A stretch of 64,000 nucleotides of DNA from Heteronotia binoei (lineage: Eukaryota), in assembly GCF_032191835.1 (NCBI RefSeq), contig NC_083230.1:76074001-76138000 (forward strand). The letters run 5' to 3'. The position numbers and the translations under genes were made by a program. Below are positions 24,126 to 37,190 of this stretch, piece after piece. The notes beneath the pieces were generated by a model, which worked only from the letters and a program-made list of their open reading frames with translations, was not told the origin of the DNA and did not search any database. Position 1 is the stretch's first letter. Each line of letters opens with the position of its first letter.

Positions 24126-24727
24126 GTCTGCAGGGCAGAACACTGAGTTTTCTGAATGAATCAAAGCCTAGCTTCGTTGTAATATCCCCACTGCAACCTT
24201 TGAATCTGATGGAATTCACACTCTGCATGAGAGTGGCTACGGAATATCTGGGTGAACGCAAAGTCATTCTCTTTTCCTACCACTCTCCCAATGATGAACT
24301 GAGAATTTTGCGTGAATCAAGTGGTCATTTTGGTTTACACATGGGTGGGCGGAGTGTGATGTTTGCACTCCCTGACCTCAGCACTTTTGGGAGTCATTTG
24401 TGTGTGACCTGGGAATCCACATTTGGTCTTGCAACCTTTTGGATAAATGGAAAGCGGAGTATCAGGAAGATATATAATGTGGGACACGTTCTTCAGCCAG
24501 GGGGTACTGTGATGCTTGGACAGGATCAGAGTGCACAAACCATGGCTGAGAAGCAGAATAGACATTTTGTGGGAGAAATAACAGATCTCTACATGTGGGA
24601 TTATGTGCTGCAGCCTCAGGACATTGAGAATGTTTTCCAGATGCATGACTTTCCCAGGGGAAACATCTTTGACTGGAAAATCTTATCATACAAGATAAAA
24701 GGGAATGTGAGGGTACTGCCTAAGTAA
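24126..24727 (+). CDS. FTLD-pentraxin fusion gene, terminal pentraxin-domain exon
   Basis: TTTTAG acceptor, phase 1; GLQGRTLSF...FTLCMR...signature HLCVTWES...LGQDQ...MWDYVL...WKILSYKIKGNV; stop 24725-24727; AATAAA at 24923. Confidence 0.93.
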
Positions 24728-25866
24728 GAACAGCAGAGGGTGGGATATGAGCATTCACAGTCCTGGGAATGTTATTGCCTTTGTGCGGCCAGCAGGCAAG
24801 GCTGCTATTTGTTGACCGCTTAAGAAGTTCAAGGCACAGCTGATGAACAACTTGCACTTATTCTGTGATTATTATTCATATTGCACAATGGTATAATAAT
24901 GAATTAACTGTTAAAAAAAAGAAATAAATGGTTCTGTGATATCCAAATTTGAGCATTCTCCTCCACTCCTGTTTATTTGCATAGTGGTCGGCTGCAAAGG
25001 ACAAGAAAATCTCCATACTGATTTAATGGCCTAGAAAATTTTGAAAAAGAAAACTTGAGATTTTTCAGGATTCTAACAAGAGTTTGTGGGTTCAGTTTGG
25101 GGCAGAGGTTGGCCAGAGGGAACACTGGATAGTTTGATGCAAGAGCGTTAGCCTTCTAAAAAGAGAATATGGGATATTATTCCCAGCCAAACAGTAAGCT
25201 TTAAAATCTACTTCAGCATTATCAGTTCTTAATATTACAGATGCTTTATAATGTATTAATGTCATTAATTATTAACGTATGCACTATCAATGTAGATGGT
25301 GCACCAGAAGCAAGAAAAGGCAATTGGGTCCTACTGAGCGATGGGGCCTGGCTATCAGTCAGGTTGGGCTCTTTGGGAGTCTACTCCTTACTTATCCAAA
25401 GGGGATAATGCTGCTGAAGAAGTGATAGAAACCAGCTTGAGTGATCTCTGTCCTCAGCTGCAGACACCTTCTAATCTTTGTGGTCTCTGTGCTTCACACT
25501 CATGGGATATAGTGCCTGTGTCGATCCCCTGAATCAGTACCTAAAAAGCCCAGGATTTTTTCTTGCTCAGCACCAGTGGGCATACGCAGGCGTCCCAGTA
25601 TGCATGCTCACTGGAGCCAGCGTGAAGATCCCGCCAGTTCCTTTTTGACTGCCGCATTGATAGGATCTTCTTTTGACTACTCCGATCGGTGCCTGGTAAT
25701 CCTTTGGATTTTCTTCCTGTTATTAGCCCGTTTGTTATTTTCTTAGTTAGTAGTTAAGTGTTATAGTTAATTGTTGTAAAAAAAAAAGACTTTATGTTGG
25801 ACTTTTGCCCCTTGGGGCTTTTTCCCCCATCCCCTCAGAAATCTTTCTGTGTGGGTTCCGGTGCCT

Positions 25867-27790
25867 ATGGAAAGGCGTTGGGGGGTTTTCAAACGTTGCC
25901 TCAAGTGTGGTAGCAAGATTGCACCTCCTGACGGTCACTCCCTCTGCTTGTTGTGTCTGGGCGAGGGACACCAAGTTGATTCGTGCCCGCATTGCTCGAG
26001 TTTCTCGAAGCAAACCCACAAAAACCAGGCAGCAAGACTATTGGCGGCACTTGTAGAATCGGCTCTTTGTCCACCGAAAATGGCAATGGGCCCGTCGGTA
26101 TTGATGGAGGAAGCTACCTAGGCCCCGACAGTTACATCAGTCGATCCATCGTCGCCGATGCAGACTAACGTGCCGACTGAGAGAGGCCGACCCACAAAAC
26201 GACCCTCTGAAGGGTTAGTGGTGACTCTGGCCAAGAAACGCCAGGACGATTCGGGGACCCGATCGTCCCTCCTGAAGAAGTCTAAATCGAAGGAGAAGCG
26301 GAAGAAGGACAGGCTTTTCCCCACACTCCTTCTCAGGATGCTTTGTTGGAGTCGATGTCAACTCAAGCTGCTCCACCCCGGAAGATTCTGGTGTCTCCAT
26401 GTCCACGGAGTCTTTCAGTGTCGAGAAGCAGGGGCTCACAGCCGATCCATCTGTCGGGATCTGAACAGGAGATAGACCTGACCCAGTGCACCCATTCGTC
26501 AAGATCGGGGTCACGTCGTCGGAACAACAGTGGTTCAGTATCGGAGGTCGAGGCTTCGGCACCGATTGAACCCTTGGCACCACTTCCGCCAACTATGGGA
26601 TGGAGAGAGCTTGAGCCGGCTACTGTGGGTCGACGTTTCCCGCCACCTCCAATGTGGGATCAAAGTCAGTGGCTGTGTTCCTATGGGTATCCGTACCCAT
26701 CGCCATACCAGTGGTACCCTCCACGTGACTTTCCAGAATGGGATCAGCGGTTGGAAGCCTTGCATTTCTCGAGGGTTTCGCATCACTCCACGCATTGGTG
26801 TCGATTCCTCCCGAGAGACGCAGAGAGTGGTCGGAAGAAGTGCAGGCTCGCCTGTCAGTATTGCTCTGGTCACCTGAATGTGCTTCGACCCTGATACTAT
26901 CTGAGCACTCGGTGAGAAGAGATTCTTCGTCATCGGACTCTGAGGTCGGTACCGAAGATCCGGACAGGGCAGTGGAACCTTCTCCAGAGTCACATATTGC
27001 TGAGGATCTTCCCATATCTCCATTGGAAGATCTGAAGTCTTATGGGGGACCTGGTGAAGCGGATGGCTCACTCTCTCTCCCTCACAGTGGTTCAACCGCA
27101 GCCAGTCGTCGATGACACCGTCTTCGACATAATGCAGAGAGACACATCGATGGCTGTGGCCCTTCCAGTGACTAAAGTCATCCTGCAGGCGGTGAAGGAG
27201 CCCTGGGCAAACCCGGCATCTACACCAATCTCTAGACGAAGACTGGACCATATGTATTGTGTTCAGGAGGCTGGTGCTGAGTTTTTGTTCTCCCATCCTA
27301 AACCGAATTCGGTGATGGTCTCCTCGTCCTCAAAGGCCCGCAAGACTCATTCTTCTCCACCTGACAAAGAGGGCAAGAAAATAGACAATGCGGGCAGATG
27401 GTTTTATTCAGCTGGAGCATTGGGAGTGAAGATCTCGAATTATGCTGCATGCATGGCTCGCTACCAATATTCCACCTGGGAGCAGCTCACTCCACTAATG
27501 TCTTCCTTGAGTGAAGAAAAACGATCTTTGTTCAAGAAGCTGCAAAAAGAGGGCTTTGCTGTGGTTAAGCAACAATTGGCTTCAGCAAAGCACATGGTGG
27601 ATGTATCTGCCAAACCCCTCACCTCTGCTGTCTCCTTGCGCCATCACTCTTGGCTACGGTCTACACCAAAAATTCTCCCCTGACCAGCTCTGGAGACCTT
27701 GCTCTTCGCAAGCAGAGAGTAGGTCTCCCTATAGGGGAAATAATAAAACCAGGTTTGCTTCAGCATCTGCAATCACGGGCAAATCTAAGG
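25867..27790 (+). pseudogene. DIRS1 gag-like ORF1, frameshifted
   Basis: FKRCLKCGSKIAPPDGHSLCLLCLGEGHQVDSCPHC; DDTVFDIMQRD...SPPDKEGKKIDNAGR. Confidence 0.82.
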
Positions 27791-27839
27791 GTGCTCGCCC
27801 TCAGAAGCGGGGCCTTTGACTTTTCTGTAGCACACATCG

Positions 27840-29728
27840 TCGCCCCTTCTCCATCACATATCCGCCTCCATCAGTATTTTCCAGCTTGGGAGTCCATCTC
27901 CACAGACAGGTGGACTCTTTTCATCATAGCAGAAGGTTACAAGATAGATTTTGTTCAGGTTCTGACTCAGTCAGTGCTGGTCACCACACCTCCTTCTCCC
28001 CCTCTGTTAGAGGAAGTTCGCAGCCTCTTGCAGAAACAAGCCATAGAACTGGTCCTTGCAGAGGATAGGATGGGGGGATTCTATTCTCGTTATTTCCTGG
28101 TCCCCAAACGGGATCGGGGATTGAGACCAATAATGGACCTTCAGAATCTGAACAAGTTTATCGTGTACCAGAAATTCAGGATGTCTACATTGCAGACGAT
28201 TCTTCCCCTCATCAACCAAGGGGACTGGATGGCAAGGATGCTTACTTCCATGTCAGTATTCATCCGGCTTACAGGCGTTTCCTCAGGTTTGCGGTAGGCT
28301 CCAACCATTTCCAGTTCAAAGCCCTTCCATTTGGCCTGTGTACTGCACTGCAGGTGTTTACCAAGATGATGAGTGTGGTAGCTGCACATCTTCGGCTGCA
28401 AGGCATAGTAGTTTTTCCATATATAGACTGGCTCCTCGTGGCAGATTTGGAAGAGCGTCTATCCAGCCACATTGCAACCACTCTTCGTCTTCTTCACACC
28501 TTAGGTCTGCAGGTCAACATGAAGAAGTCCCATCTGACACCATCAAGGACTGTTCAGTTTATCGGGGCTTTGCTGGACACAACACTTCATCGTGCTTTTC
28601 TGCCTCAGCAAAGAGCATTGGACATCATTGCTCTCATCCATCTTTTGCAAAGTCAGAAATGGGGCACGGCACAGCAGCTGCAGCGGATGCTGGGGTTGAT
28701 GGCGGCGACTACCAGTGTGCTTCTGTTCGCGAAACTACATGAGAGGACTTCAACTCTGGTTCCTCAGAAAGTTTCGACCGTTACGGGACTCACCTCGAAA
28801 GAGGCTCATGCTTCCAGCATCGATCCTTCAGGCCCTGGAATGGTGGAAATCCAAAGACAACATCTGTCAGGGAGCTCCCTTCCATCTGCCTGTAACAACA
28901 GTCACGATCACCACAGATGCATCTTTATGGGGCTGGGGTGTTCATATGGATACTCTGTTTGTGGGGGGCCCATGGCCTCTACAGCTGACTCGGTGCCACA
29001 TAAATTATCTCGAACTGCTGGCAATTCACTTTGCTCTTTGGTCCTTTCGCCCCTTGGTGGCGGGGAAGGCTGTGGCCCTGTTGACGGACAATACTACAGC
29101 CCTCTTCTACGTCAACAGGCAGGGAGGGACAGTTTCCAGACGTCTCTGTGCGTTAGCGATAGAACTGTGGCAGGAGTGCTTGGTGCATGGCATCTATGTG
29201 AAGGCAGCACATCTTCCAGGAGTACTTAGTCTCCAGGCGGATTTGTTGAGCAGAGGAGCAGCGTCTCCGCATGAGTGGGAAATGCAATGGCACTTCCTTC
29301 AACCTGTGTTCCAGCTCTTGGGGGTACCCTCAGGTGGACGTCTTTGCCACAGCCCTGAATCGGAAGTGTCCTCTGTTCTGCACCAGGGAGGGTCAGATCC
29401 AGCGTCCTTGGGAGACGGTCTAATGTTCCCATGGAAGGGTTGGTTTCTGTACCTATTTCCGCCTCTTCCATTGCTGACAAAAGTGGTCAACAAAATAGTG
29501 AGGGAAAAGCCGAGGTGCATACTAATCACGCCTTGGTGGCCTCGGCAGAACTGGTTCCCGTTTTTGCTTTGCCTGGCGAAGGGAGTTTTTTATCAATTCC
29601 CAGCTGAACTGGACCTTCTTTCGGCTCAGGAGGGGCAGGTGTTTCATCACAACGTACCTCATCTGAAGCTGACGGCGTGGCTCATCGACCCTGTGAATTC
29701 TCAAGCAGAGTCCAGCATGTCTTCCTAA
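27840..29728 (+). pseudogene. DIRS1 RT/RNase H/methyltransferase-like ORF, frameshifted
   Basis: GFYSRYFLVPKRDRGLRPIMDL, PYID(D)WL, TDASLWGWG, HINYLELLAI, TDNTTAL, and the MT-like LYLFPPLPLL...LITPWWPRQNWF. Confidence 0.93.
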
Positions 29729-30698
29729 ATACCAGGAAGTTATCTACCCATGTCTCCTCTCAGGAAATGGAGGAAGTTTTTTCGGTTTTTGGCTGATCCT
29801 GCAATCTCACCCCAGCGGGTGGGCCTACCAATGATTTTTGACTTTCTGTTGTCCTTGGTGAATGCTGGACTTTCCTTTTCTTATGTTAAAGTTTATTTAT
29901 CAGCAATATCATCATACCATGAGCCTGTTGAGGGGCATTCAGTTTTTGCTCACCCTCATTCAAAGCACTTCCTGAAAAGATTGGTCAGATTGCATCCTCC
30001 ATCTAGATCACCTCCACAGTTGTGGGTTAGTGTTGGACAGGTTGACTCGGCATCCCTTTGAGCCAATGGCAACCTGTTCCCTACAACTTCTATCCTGGAA
30101 GACTGCATTTTTGGTGGTAATCACATCGGCACACCGTGTAGGGGAGCTCATGGCGATGCGTTGTGACCACCCTTATTTAGTTTTTCATGAGTCTGGAGTG
30201 TCGTTGGCTCCTGATGTTTCGTTTTTACCTAAGGTGGTTTCCCAATTTCACTATAAGTTGCAGGTTTGGTTACCCACATTTTGTCCTACCCCTTCCTTGG
30301 ATGAGGAACATCGGTGGCATGCTTTAGATGTCAAACATGCACTGCTTTTTTATTTGAATTGTTCTTTTTGGCAGGACCAGCATCTTTTTGTTTCGTATGC
30401 TGCTCTGAGGCTGGGTTTAAGAATTTCATCTCAGCGGCATTCAAGGTGGCTTACTGAGACTATTAAACTGTGCTATTTGCTGGCCAAGAAGTCGTTGCCT
30501 GGACCCATTCGTGGACACTCTACTAGAGCAATGACGACGTCAGTGGTGTTCCTGAAGGGTGTTTCCTTGACGGATGTTTGTAAGGCCGCCACTTGGTCCT
30601 CTCCTCATGCTTTCATAAAGCATTACGCTCTGGATGTGCGTGTCCAGCAGAGGACTCGTATGGGAGCTGTGGTGCTGCAAGCTGTCTCTTCTGGTTGA
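29690..30698 (+). pseudogene. DIRS1 tyrosine recombinase, frameshifted
   Basis: TSAHRVGEL, GHSTRA, FIKHY. Confidence 0.92.
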
Positions 30699-30736
30699 CC
30701 GTCTTCCCGCCTCCAGGTATGTCTGGCTTGCTAATC

Positions 30737-30830
30737 TCCCATGAGTGTGAAGCACAGAGACCAGGAAGAAGATAAACAGGTTGCTTACCTGTAACTGTAG
30801 ATCTTTGAGTGGTCATCTGTGCATTCACAC
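30737..30830. repeat. DIRS ICR, copy 2
   Basis: Complementary to both termini; junction GAAGAAGAT|AAACAGGTTG at 30773/30774, identical to copy 1. Confidence 0.92.
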
Positions 30831-31340
30831 TACCTGCCCTCCTTCCCCACTGCTGACGGTCTCCCTATGTTAGGGGCTTCCAGCGGTCAAGAAGGAACTG
30901 GCAGGATCCTTGCACTGGCTCCGGTGAGTATGCATACTGGGACGCCTGCGTATGCCCACTGGTGCCGAGCGTGAAAAAATCCCGCGCTTTTTAGGTACCG
31001 ATTCGGGGGATTGACGCAGGTGCTATATCCCATGAGTGTGAATGCACAGATGACCACTTGATCTACAGTTACAGGTAAGCAACCTGTCTTTCCCAGAGGA
31101 ACAGTCTATAATATCTGCAGAATTCCAGCATTGGAGAGAAATCAGCAGCGATTATGACTATATGCATTAGGACTGCATACCTTTTGTTGCCATGGGAGTC
31201 AACTACCACCTATTTACCTGAGTCAGTTATGCTCCAAGCCTAGTAAATCAAATATAATAAATTCAAAATCTTTTCTGTGGAAACAGTTTTTTCCCTTGAT
31301 TTGCCTAACCTTTGCAATATGCGTAACATACATTGGGGAC

Positions 31341-31533
31341 CAATACTACCTCTAAGCTATGGAGTCTTGTGAACAAAAATTCTACTTTGTGAGCTGCTGG
31401 CATTAAAGTTGTGAGCTTCTGCATATATTAGTTTGCTCTGTGTCCATTTTTTCCTGAGCTAAGACAAAAATGTGAGCCAGAGGCTAAAAAACTGTGAGCT
31501 AGCTCACACTAACTTAGCTTAGAGGGAACATTG
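31341..31533. mobile_element. hAT MITE
   Basis: TIRs CAATACTACCTCTAAGCT / AGCTTAGAGGGAACATTG; TSD ttggggac/ttgggggt. Confidence 0.75.
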
Positions 31534-32149
31534 TTGGGGGTCCAACTACATGCTACACTCTTTATGTGTCTGCACCAGTTCCTGTTAAACTTGAAGGTGT
31601 ACTGGGAGTTCTGTGTTCAAATTTAATTCCCAGGCATGCAGGGGTCTGATTTGGATCAGGACCACAGCATGTTGGGAGAAAGAACTTAATCCTGTGCTGT
31701 TTTCGTAATTTTCATAACCTGGGATTGCCTTGGGAAGCTGCTGTTTGCCCTTTGGGGAAACCTGCATGTAGCCAATCAGCATATGTAAGCTCACCCAGTA
31801 GAGCAAGTAGCAATTTTCAAAGAGCAGGTAAGCACTTCCAGGCCACATCCACATTTGTTTGCGTAGTATACCATACCTCTGTCCTGCTACTTCGCTGTGG
31901 AGAAGCTGCACACGCTTCTCAGGCCCTCTTGGTATTATTTATGTGGTTTTGCCCTGAGGCTGCGACTTTAGATTTATTTAAACATCCACCAGTGTTTTCC
32001 CTATTAGTAAGTATTCTGTGTTCTTTTCCCACACATCTTATTTGTTAATTTAGAAAATGTGTTATTTCCTTTACAAGCTGCACACAAGGAAACATACATA
32101 GCCCACATCCTTGATTGTTGGTTACATTGTGTACTATGTACAAGGAATA

Positions 32150-32275
32150 AATTAGCTACCTGATGGACCTCATGATGGCACCTGGGTTTTGGCCACTGTG
32201 TGACACAGACTGTTGTACTAGATGGGTCATTGGCCTATTCCAACATGGCTTCTGTTATGTTCTTAAGTTTTACTT
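32150..32275 (+). mobile_element. CR1 3' end fragment
   Basis: GCCACTGTGTGACACAGA...CCAACATGGCTTCTGTTATGTTCTTA tail, as at 34199. Confidence 0.75.
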
Positions 32276-32369
32276 AATTATTGATAAATATTAGAATTTC
32301 TTGCTCCTGACATTTCAGCTCTTGCTCTTTACTAGAGACTCTGAATGCACTGCTTCTGCTCTTTGGGTT

Positions 32370-33190
32370 GACTTTCCTACATCCCTTCCAAAAGGCTATT
32401 GACAAGGTACCTCATCAAAGACTCCTAAGCGTAGTAGGCATAGAATATTTATTTATTAAAACATATCTTGCCTGTCCTTGTGATTCAAGGTGGCCTGCTA
32501 TAATAGTTTCAGTTAAAACCAAAATAAAGTTTACGATGAAAGCAAATTACTCTGGTTGATCAAAACTCAGGTGGATTATGAAAGCCTACAAAAGATCTCG
32601 CCAAATTAGGTGGGTGAGCAATAGGGATCCCAGTCCCCAGGTGGGAGCAGGGGATTCTCTGATTTTGTGGGCTCCTGCATGCTACTGGCTGGCAGGGGGG
32701 ATGCCAGGACCCCATGCAATGTCCCCAATGTTATGACATTACATGAAGTGACGTCATCACACTGGGGATGATGTGTGGCGATACTCTGGTTTTGGGCAAA
32801 ACTATGGTTTGAGCCCAATTTTACCACAGAGTTTGTCCAAAAATCAGAGCATTGCTGCACAATGTCCCTAGCGTAATGTCACTTCCATGTGATGTCATCA
32901 TGTTGGGGATGTCGCCCTGGCCCCTCATTCCCAAAAAGCTCCCTCCCCTCCACCTCCACCAGCACAAGGCAGGGAATCTGGCAACCCTAGTGAGCAATAA
33001 CATGGCAAATGAAGTTCAGTGTGGGTAAGTGTAAGACGATGCACAATGGAACAACAACAAAACTCTCACTTTAAATATATGCCACAGGGTTCAAACTGAC
33101 TGAGATGAAGAAGGAAAGAGATTTCAGCAGTAGTGAATTCGTAAGGAGTTACAAAGAAATGCTAAACGATTTGTTATGGGTGTGGTCACA
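32370..33190 (+). mobile_element. CR1 RT fragments interrupted by a MITE
   Basis: FQKAIDKVPHQRLL, then KDLAKLG..WQMKFSVGKCKTMH across the MITE insertion. Confidence 0.7.
32622..32989. mobile_element. hAT MITE nested in CR1
   Basis: TIRs TAGGGATCCCA / TGGCAACCCTA; perfect 8-bp TSD gtgagcaa. Confidence 0.85.
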
Positions 33191-33748
33191 CACAATATAA
33201 TGCACTTTCAAGGCACTTTTCCAACTGGATTTTGCTGTGTGAGGTGGCAAAATCCACTTTCAAACAGTTTCTGAAGTGGATTGAAATGGCATTATTTAGC
33301 ATGTGTTACTGCACCCAAGGAGATGTAAAGTAATGCTAAGTAATCTAGTGTCTCTGAGCCTAAGCAGTGTGTATTTCATTTATACCCCCAAAAGCAATCA
33401 TGTTAAACAAATGACCCAAATATAAAATGGTGGAATTGATTTCATTATTTCACACGGAGTAGTACTACTTGGTGGAACTGCTTGTCCAAAGAAACTAAAC
33501 AAGCCTGCTCTCATATCATTAACATTTTATTTTGGAGGTTCTTTGGGAGAGCAGGTTAAGTCACATGCCTTCCTGCTGCTGTTTCCTTGTTTGTTTTACT
33601 CTGGTTCTGGTTGTACCTCATGCTGTTTGTGAACTTACTTTTTTGCAGAATTAAAAAGGATATTTGTAATTTTTATGCACATTGGTTCACAGGCCTTTGT
33701 TAAGCACAGAGAAGGCACATTTAAAAAATCAAATGGGCAGGTAAAAAT

Positions 33749-34070
33749 CAAACGCTTGGGGCTCTTTAGCTTAGAGAAACGCTGACTGCGGGGTGACATG
33801 ATAGAGGTTTACAAGATTATGCATGGGATGGAGAAAGTAGAGAAAAAAGTACTTTTCTCCCTTTCTCACAATACAAGAACTTGTGGGCATTCGATGAAAT
33901 TGCTGAGCGGTCGGGTTAAAACGGATAAAAGGAAGTACTTCTTCACCCAAAGGGTGATTAACATGTGGAATTCACTGCCACAGGAGGTGGTGGTGGCTAC
34001 AAGCATAGCCAGCTTCAAGGGGGTTAGATAAAAATATGGAGCAGAGGTCCATCAGTGGCTATTAGCCACA

Positions 34071-34107
<37 letters not shown>

Positions 34108-34199
34108 AATAATTTTTTTTGTCACTGTGTGACACAGAGTGTTGGACTGGATGGGCCATTGTCCTGATCCAACATGGCTTCTCTTATGTTCTTATGTTC
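33749..34199 (+). mobile_element. Young 5'-truncated CR1 LINE
   Basis: RLGLFSLEKR..RGDMIEVYKIMHGMEKV...YFFTQRVINMWNSLP; (GT)n(AT)n in the 3' UTR; TTCTTATG tail; very similar to 61791-62295. Confidence 0.92.
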
Positions 34200-36061
34200 A
34201 GGTAGAGAAATAACTGCCACAACAGTTCAAGTACATTGATCTGGTAAATCTGAGATACACCCAGCTAATGCCTTATACTGCAAACCCACACAACTTTTGA
34301 TGGCACACTGGATTGTATAAAATATACTCCTGCCTGTACTCTTTCCTAAGTCTAATGTTTGCTAAGGCTGTCAACAGATGTAGTGGGGGAGGGAGAGACT
34401 TGAAGTGGTATTGTAGAGCCTGTGCTTTGGGGGGCTTTTTTAAGTTTTGTCCTGCCACAGTTTAATCAACTTTGCTTCAGTTCCTGCAGGAGGCTGAGTC
34501 TTACATGCATGTTTGTGGTTTGATATCATTCAGGTGAATTTGTGAAGTGGCTCCATTGACAAGTATTGTGTTCAAGGCAATATTAAAGGTTGTCTAGGTC
34601 TGTGATGACTTGATCTGTGATGACTTTCACTTATTATTTCAGACTGTAGTCATTGTGCTATGACAGTAGATATGTAAAGTGACCATTAGAGTTGCCAACA
34701 CTGCAGAAAGGCACATTTACAGAAAGAAGCAAATGCTCCCCACAGGCAGTTCACACCCAGAACACACAGTTCCCTAGAAATCTGTCCAAACCTCTCTTTC
34801 TCCCCATAGCTTATACCAAAGGAAGTGACATCCATTGCTCAAAGCTTTGCCCTTAACTGCTCTCTGAATGAGAGTGAAATGGAGCTCTACTGCTGCTGTC
34901 CAGAAGAAGTTGTATCAGCAGGGATATAACCTCCTGCTCCAATTCAGAAGTGTGCATACAATTCAAGCTCCCCCCCACCCCGATTCATGGTCATGCTTGC
35001 CTACTCTACTTTCACTTATGCCTTCTTGATGGAAATCAAATCATAATACACAGAAAAATGTGGCACCCGGTGTGTCTGGGTTTGTTTCTGTCACAGGAAG
35101 GATGAGAAACTATTATGGGTTGTTAATCTGGGTCCTTTATCAACTTAATAAAAGGAGTCCAGTTGCATCCTGGACTGAAAGAATATGAAATACCTTAGCG
35201 GGTAAAGATGCTTGTCAGTAGGAAGTCACAGAATTTAACTGATTCAGAGTTAAACTGATATGAATTTAATGAATTATTAAGACACTATAAATAACTACAA
35301 AAGCAACTAAATGGATGAGTAGGAAAAGAAAAAAGGTACGGATTCCAAGTTAGAGGAGGAGGAAAAAAGTATTTCCCTCCTCCAGTTTCTCTACATTATA
35401 CATCATTTAATAAAGTTTTGGCATGATCCCAATCAGCTATCTTTCTGTTAAACCCAAAATGTTTCAAGTACCCACAAACTGCATTTAGAAATGCCACCCC
35501 CTTTTGCTCACCAGGAGAGAGGAGAAAAGCTCTGCTATCAGTGGCGCTTGGGAAGTCACTGAAAACAATCAGGCCCCAAAGCATCTGAGCCAATCCTCCT
35601 GTTTTATTCTGGGAGGAGACTGGCTGGAAAATCAATGGACCTTTTGCAAGAAGGCTCTCCAGCCTTTGCAGTTCAAGAAAAGAAAGCAGCAGGAGTTCTG
35701 GTGACTTTTCCACCTGGCCCATTTTTGCTGTTTCAGTTATATGGAACTGGTTAAGCTGGAACAGGGGAGCTGATGCAGTTCGACTAGTGTTCTGGCAGGA
35801 ATGTTCCTGTGCAACCGCAGGTAGAAAGAATGCTTGCAACCCCCTGGCACAGTTTTTACAGAACTTCCGGGGAGTGAGATCTGTATACTCCCAGTTTGCA
35901 CACCCTATTTTCTATGCAAGCTGATCTGCCTTTTCACTAACAATTGCTATCTGTATATAAGTGGAGACTGCGGTTGGGCTTTTGAAACTGGGTGATTGCA
36001 CACCTTTACCTATTTTATGCAAAACCAACTCCGAATGGAGTTGGGTCATACCAAGCCTGAT

Positions 36062-36876
36062 TAGGGTTGCCAAGTCCAAGTAAAGAAAAATCTGGGGACT
36101 TTGGGGGTGGAGCCAGGAGACATTGGGGGTGGAACCAGGAACAAGGATGTGACAAGCATAATTGAACTCCAAGGGAGTTCTGGCCATCACATTTAAAGGA
36201 ACAGCATGCCTTTTCAAATGCCTTTCTTCCATAGGAAATAATTAAGGATAGGAGCACCATCTTTTGGGGTTCATAGAATTGGACCCTCTGGTCCAATCGT
36301 TTTGAAACTTGGGGGGTATTTTGGGGAGAGGCACTAGATGCTATACTAAAAATCTGGTGCCTCTACCTCAAAAAATAGCCCCCCCAGAGCCCCCAATACC
36401 CACGGATCAATTCCCTATTCCCTATGGGAATCGTTCTCCATAGGGAATAATAGAGTGCCTAGTAGACATTTCCCTCCCCCCCACGCTTTCTAAAGGGGGG
36501 GGAGGGCCTCCATACCAGGGAATCCCCCCTCCCTGCTCCCTCCCTCTCTCACACACACAAATACTTGGTCTTCTTCCAGCAGAACTTTCCTTACTGTGAA
36601 AACGAAAGCAAGGCTGCACAGGAAAAGAAAGGGAGGGGCCGTTCTCCATGGAAACTGTTACTGACCCTTTCCCATGAAGCCCTTCCTGTTTCCTGTGCAG
36701 CCTTAAAGGGGCACACATTTTAAAAACGGATCAGAAGCTCTACAACAACATGATGCCTACAGGTATGTTCTCTCTCCCCCCCCAACCCCCCTTCCTGCTT
36801 CCAGATTTTTTGAGAGCGGGGGAGGAGGCTGCAAATTCGGGGGTCCCCCACCAGGGCGGAGGGGTTGGGAAGCCTA
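36062..36876 (+). mobile_element. Non-autonomous hAT element (TAGGGTTGCCA family)
   Basis: TIRs TAGGGTTGCCA / TGGGAAGCCTA; perfect TSD agcctgat; family copies at 43612, 46455 and 56573. Confidence 0.9.
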
Positions 36877-37190
36877 AGCCTGATTATTGACCCATCTGAC
36901 TTTGTACATAAGAGAGCCCTGCTGGATCAGACCAAAGGTCTATCAAGACCAGCATCCTGCTGTTTATAGTGGCCAAACAGGGAGTCGGGCTGAGGGAAAG
37001 TCTTTTTCAAAACCTCCTAGCTGAAATTTTTTTAAATTGATGATGCTGGAGAGAAACCTATAAAGCATGTTCTCTGCCATACTGATCTATAGCCTCTTTC
37101 CAGACCATTGCTGTTGGACTATATACCATGTCAAGTGTACCAAGAAATCATCTCCTACAGGGGACAGCAAAGGAGCAAAGCTAGTTAAAT

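Larger units (their letters stand above)
25474..31089 (+). mobile_element. DIRS1-type retrotransposon, copy 2 (different subfamily, decayed, full domain set)
   Basis: Left ITR about 25474-25655, ICR 30737-30830, right ITR about 30883 to extension ending about 31089; gag, RT, RNaseH, MT and YR remnants. Confidence 0.95.

Noticed and set aside
35396-35839. 147-aa minus-strand ORF
   Set aside because: TTG start, no domain I recognise, no convincing splice signals. A BLAST/HMM search would be needed to rescue it.
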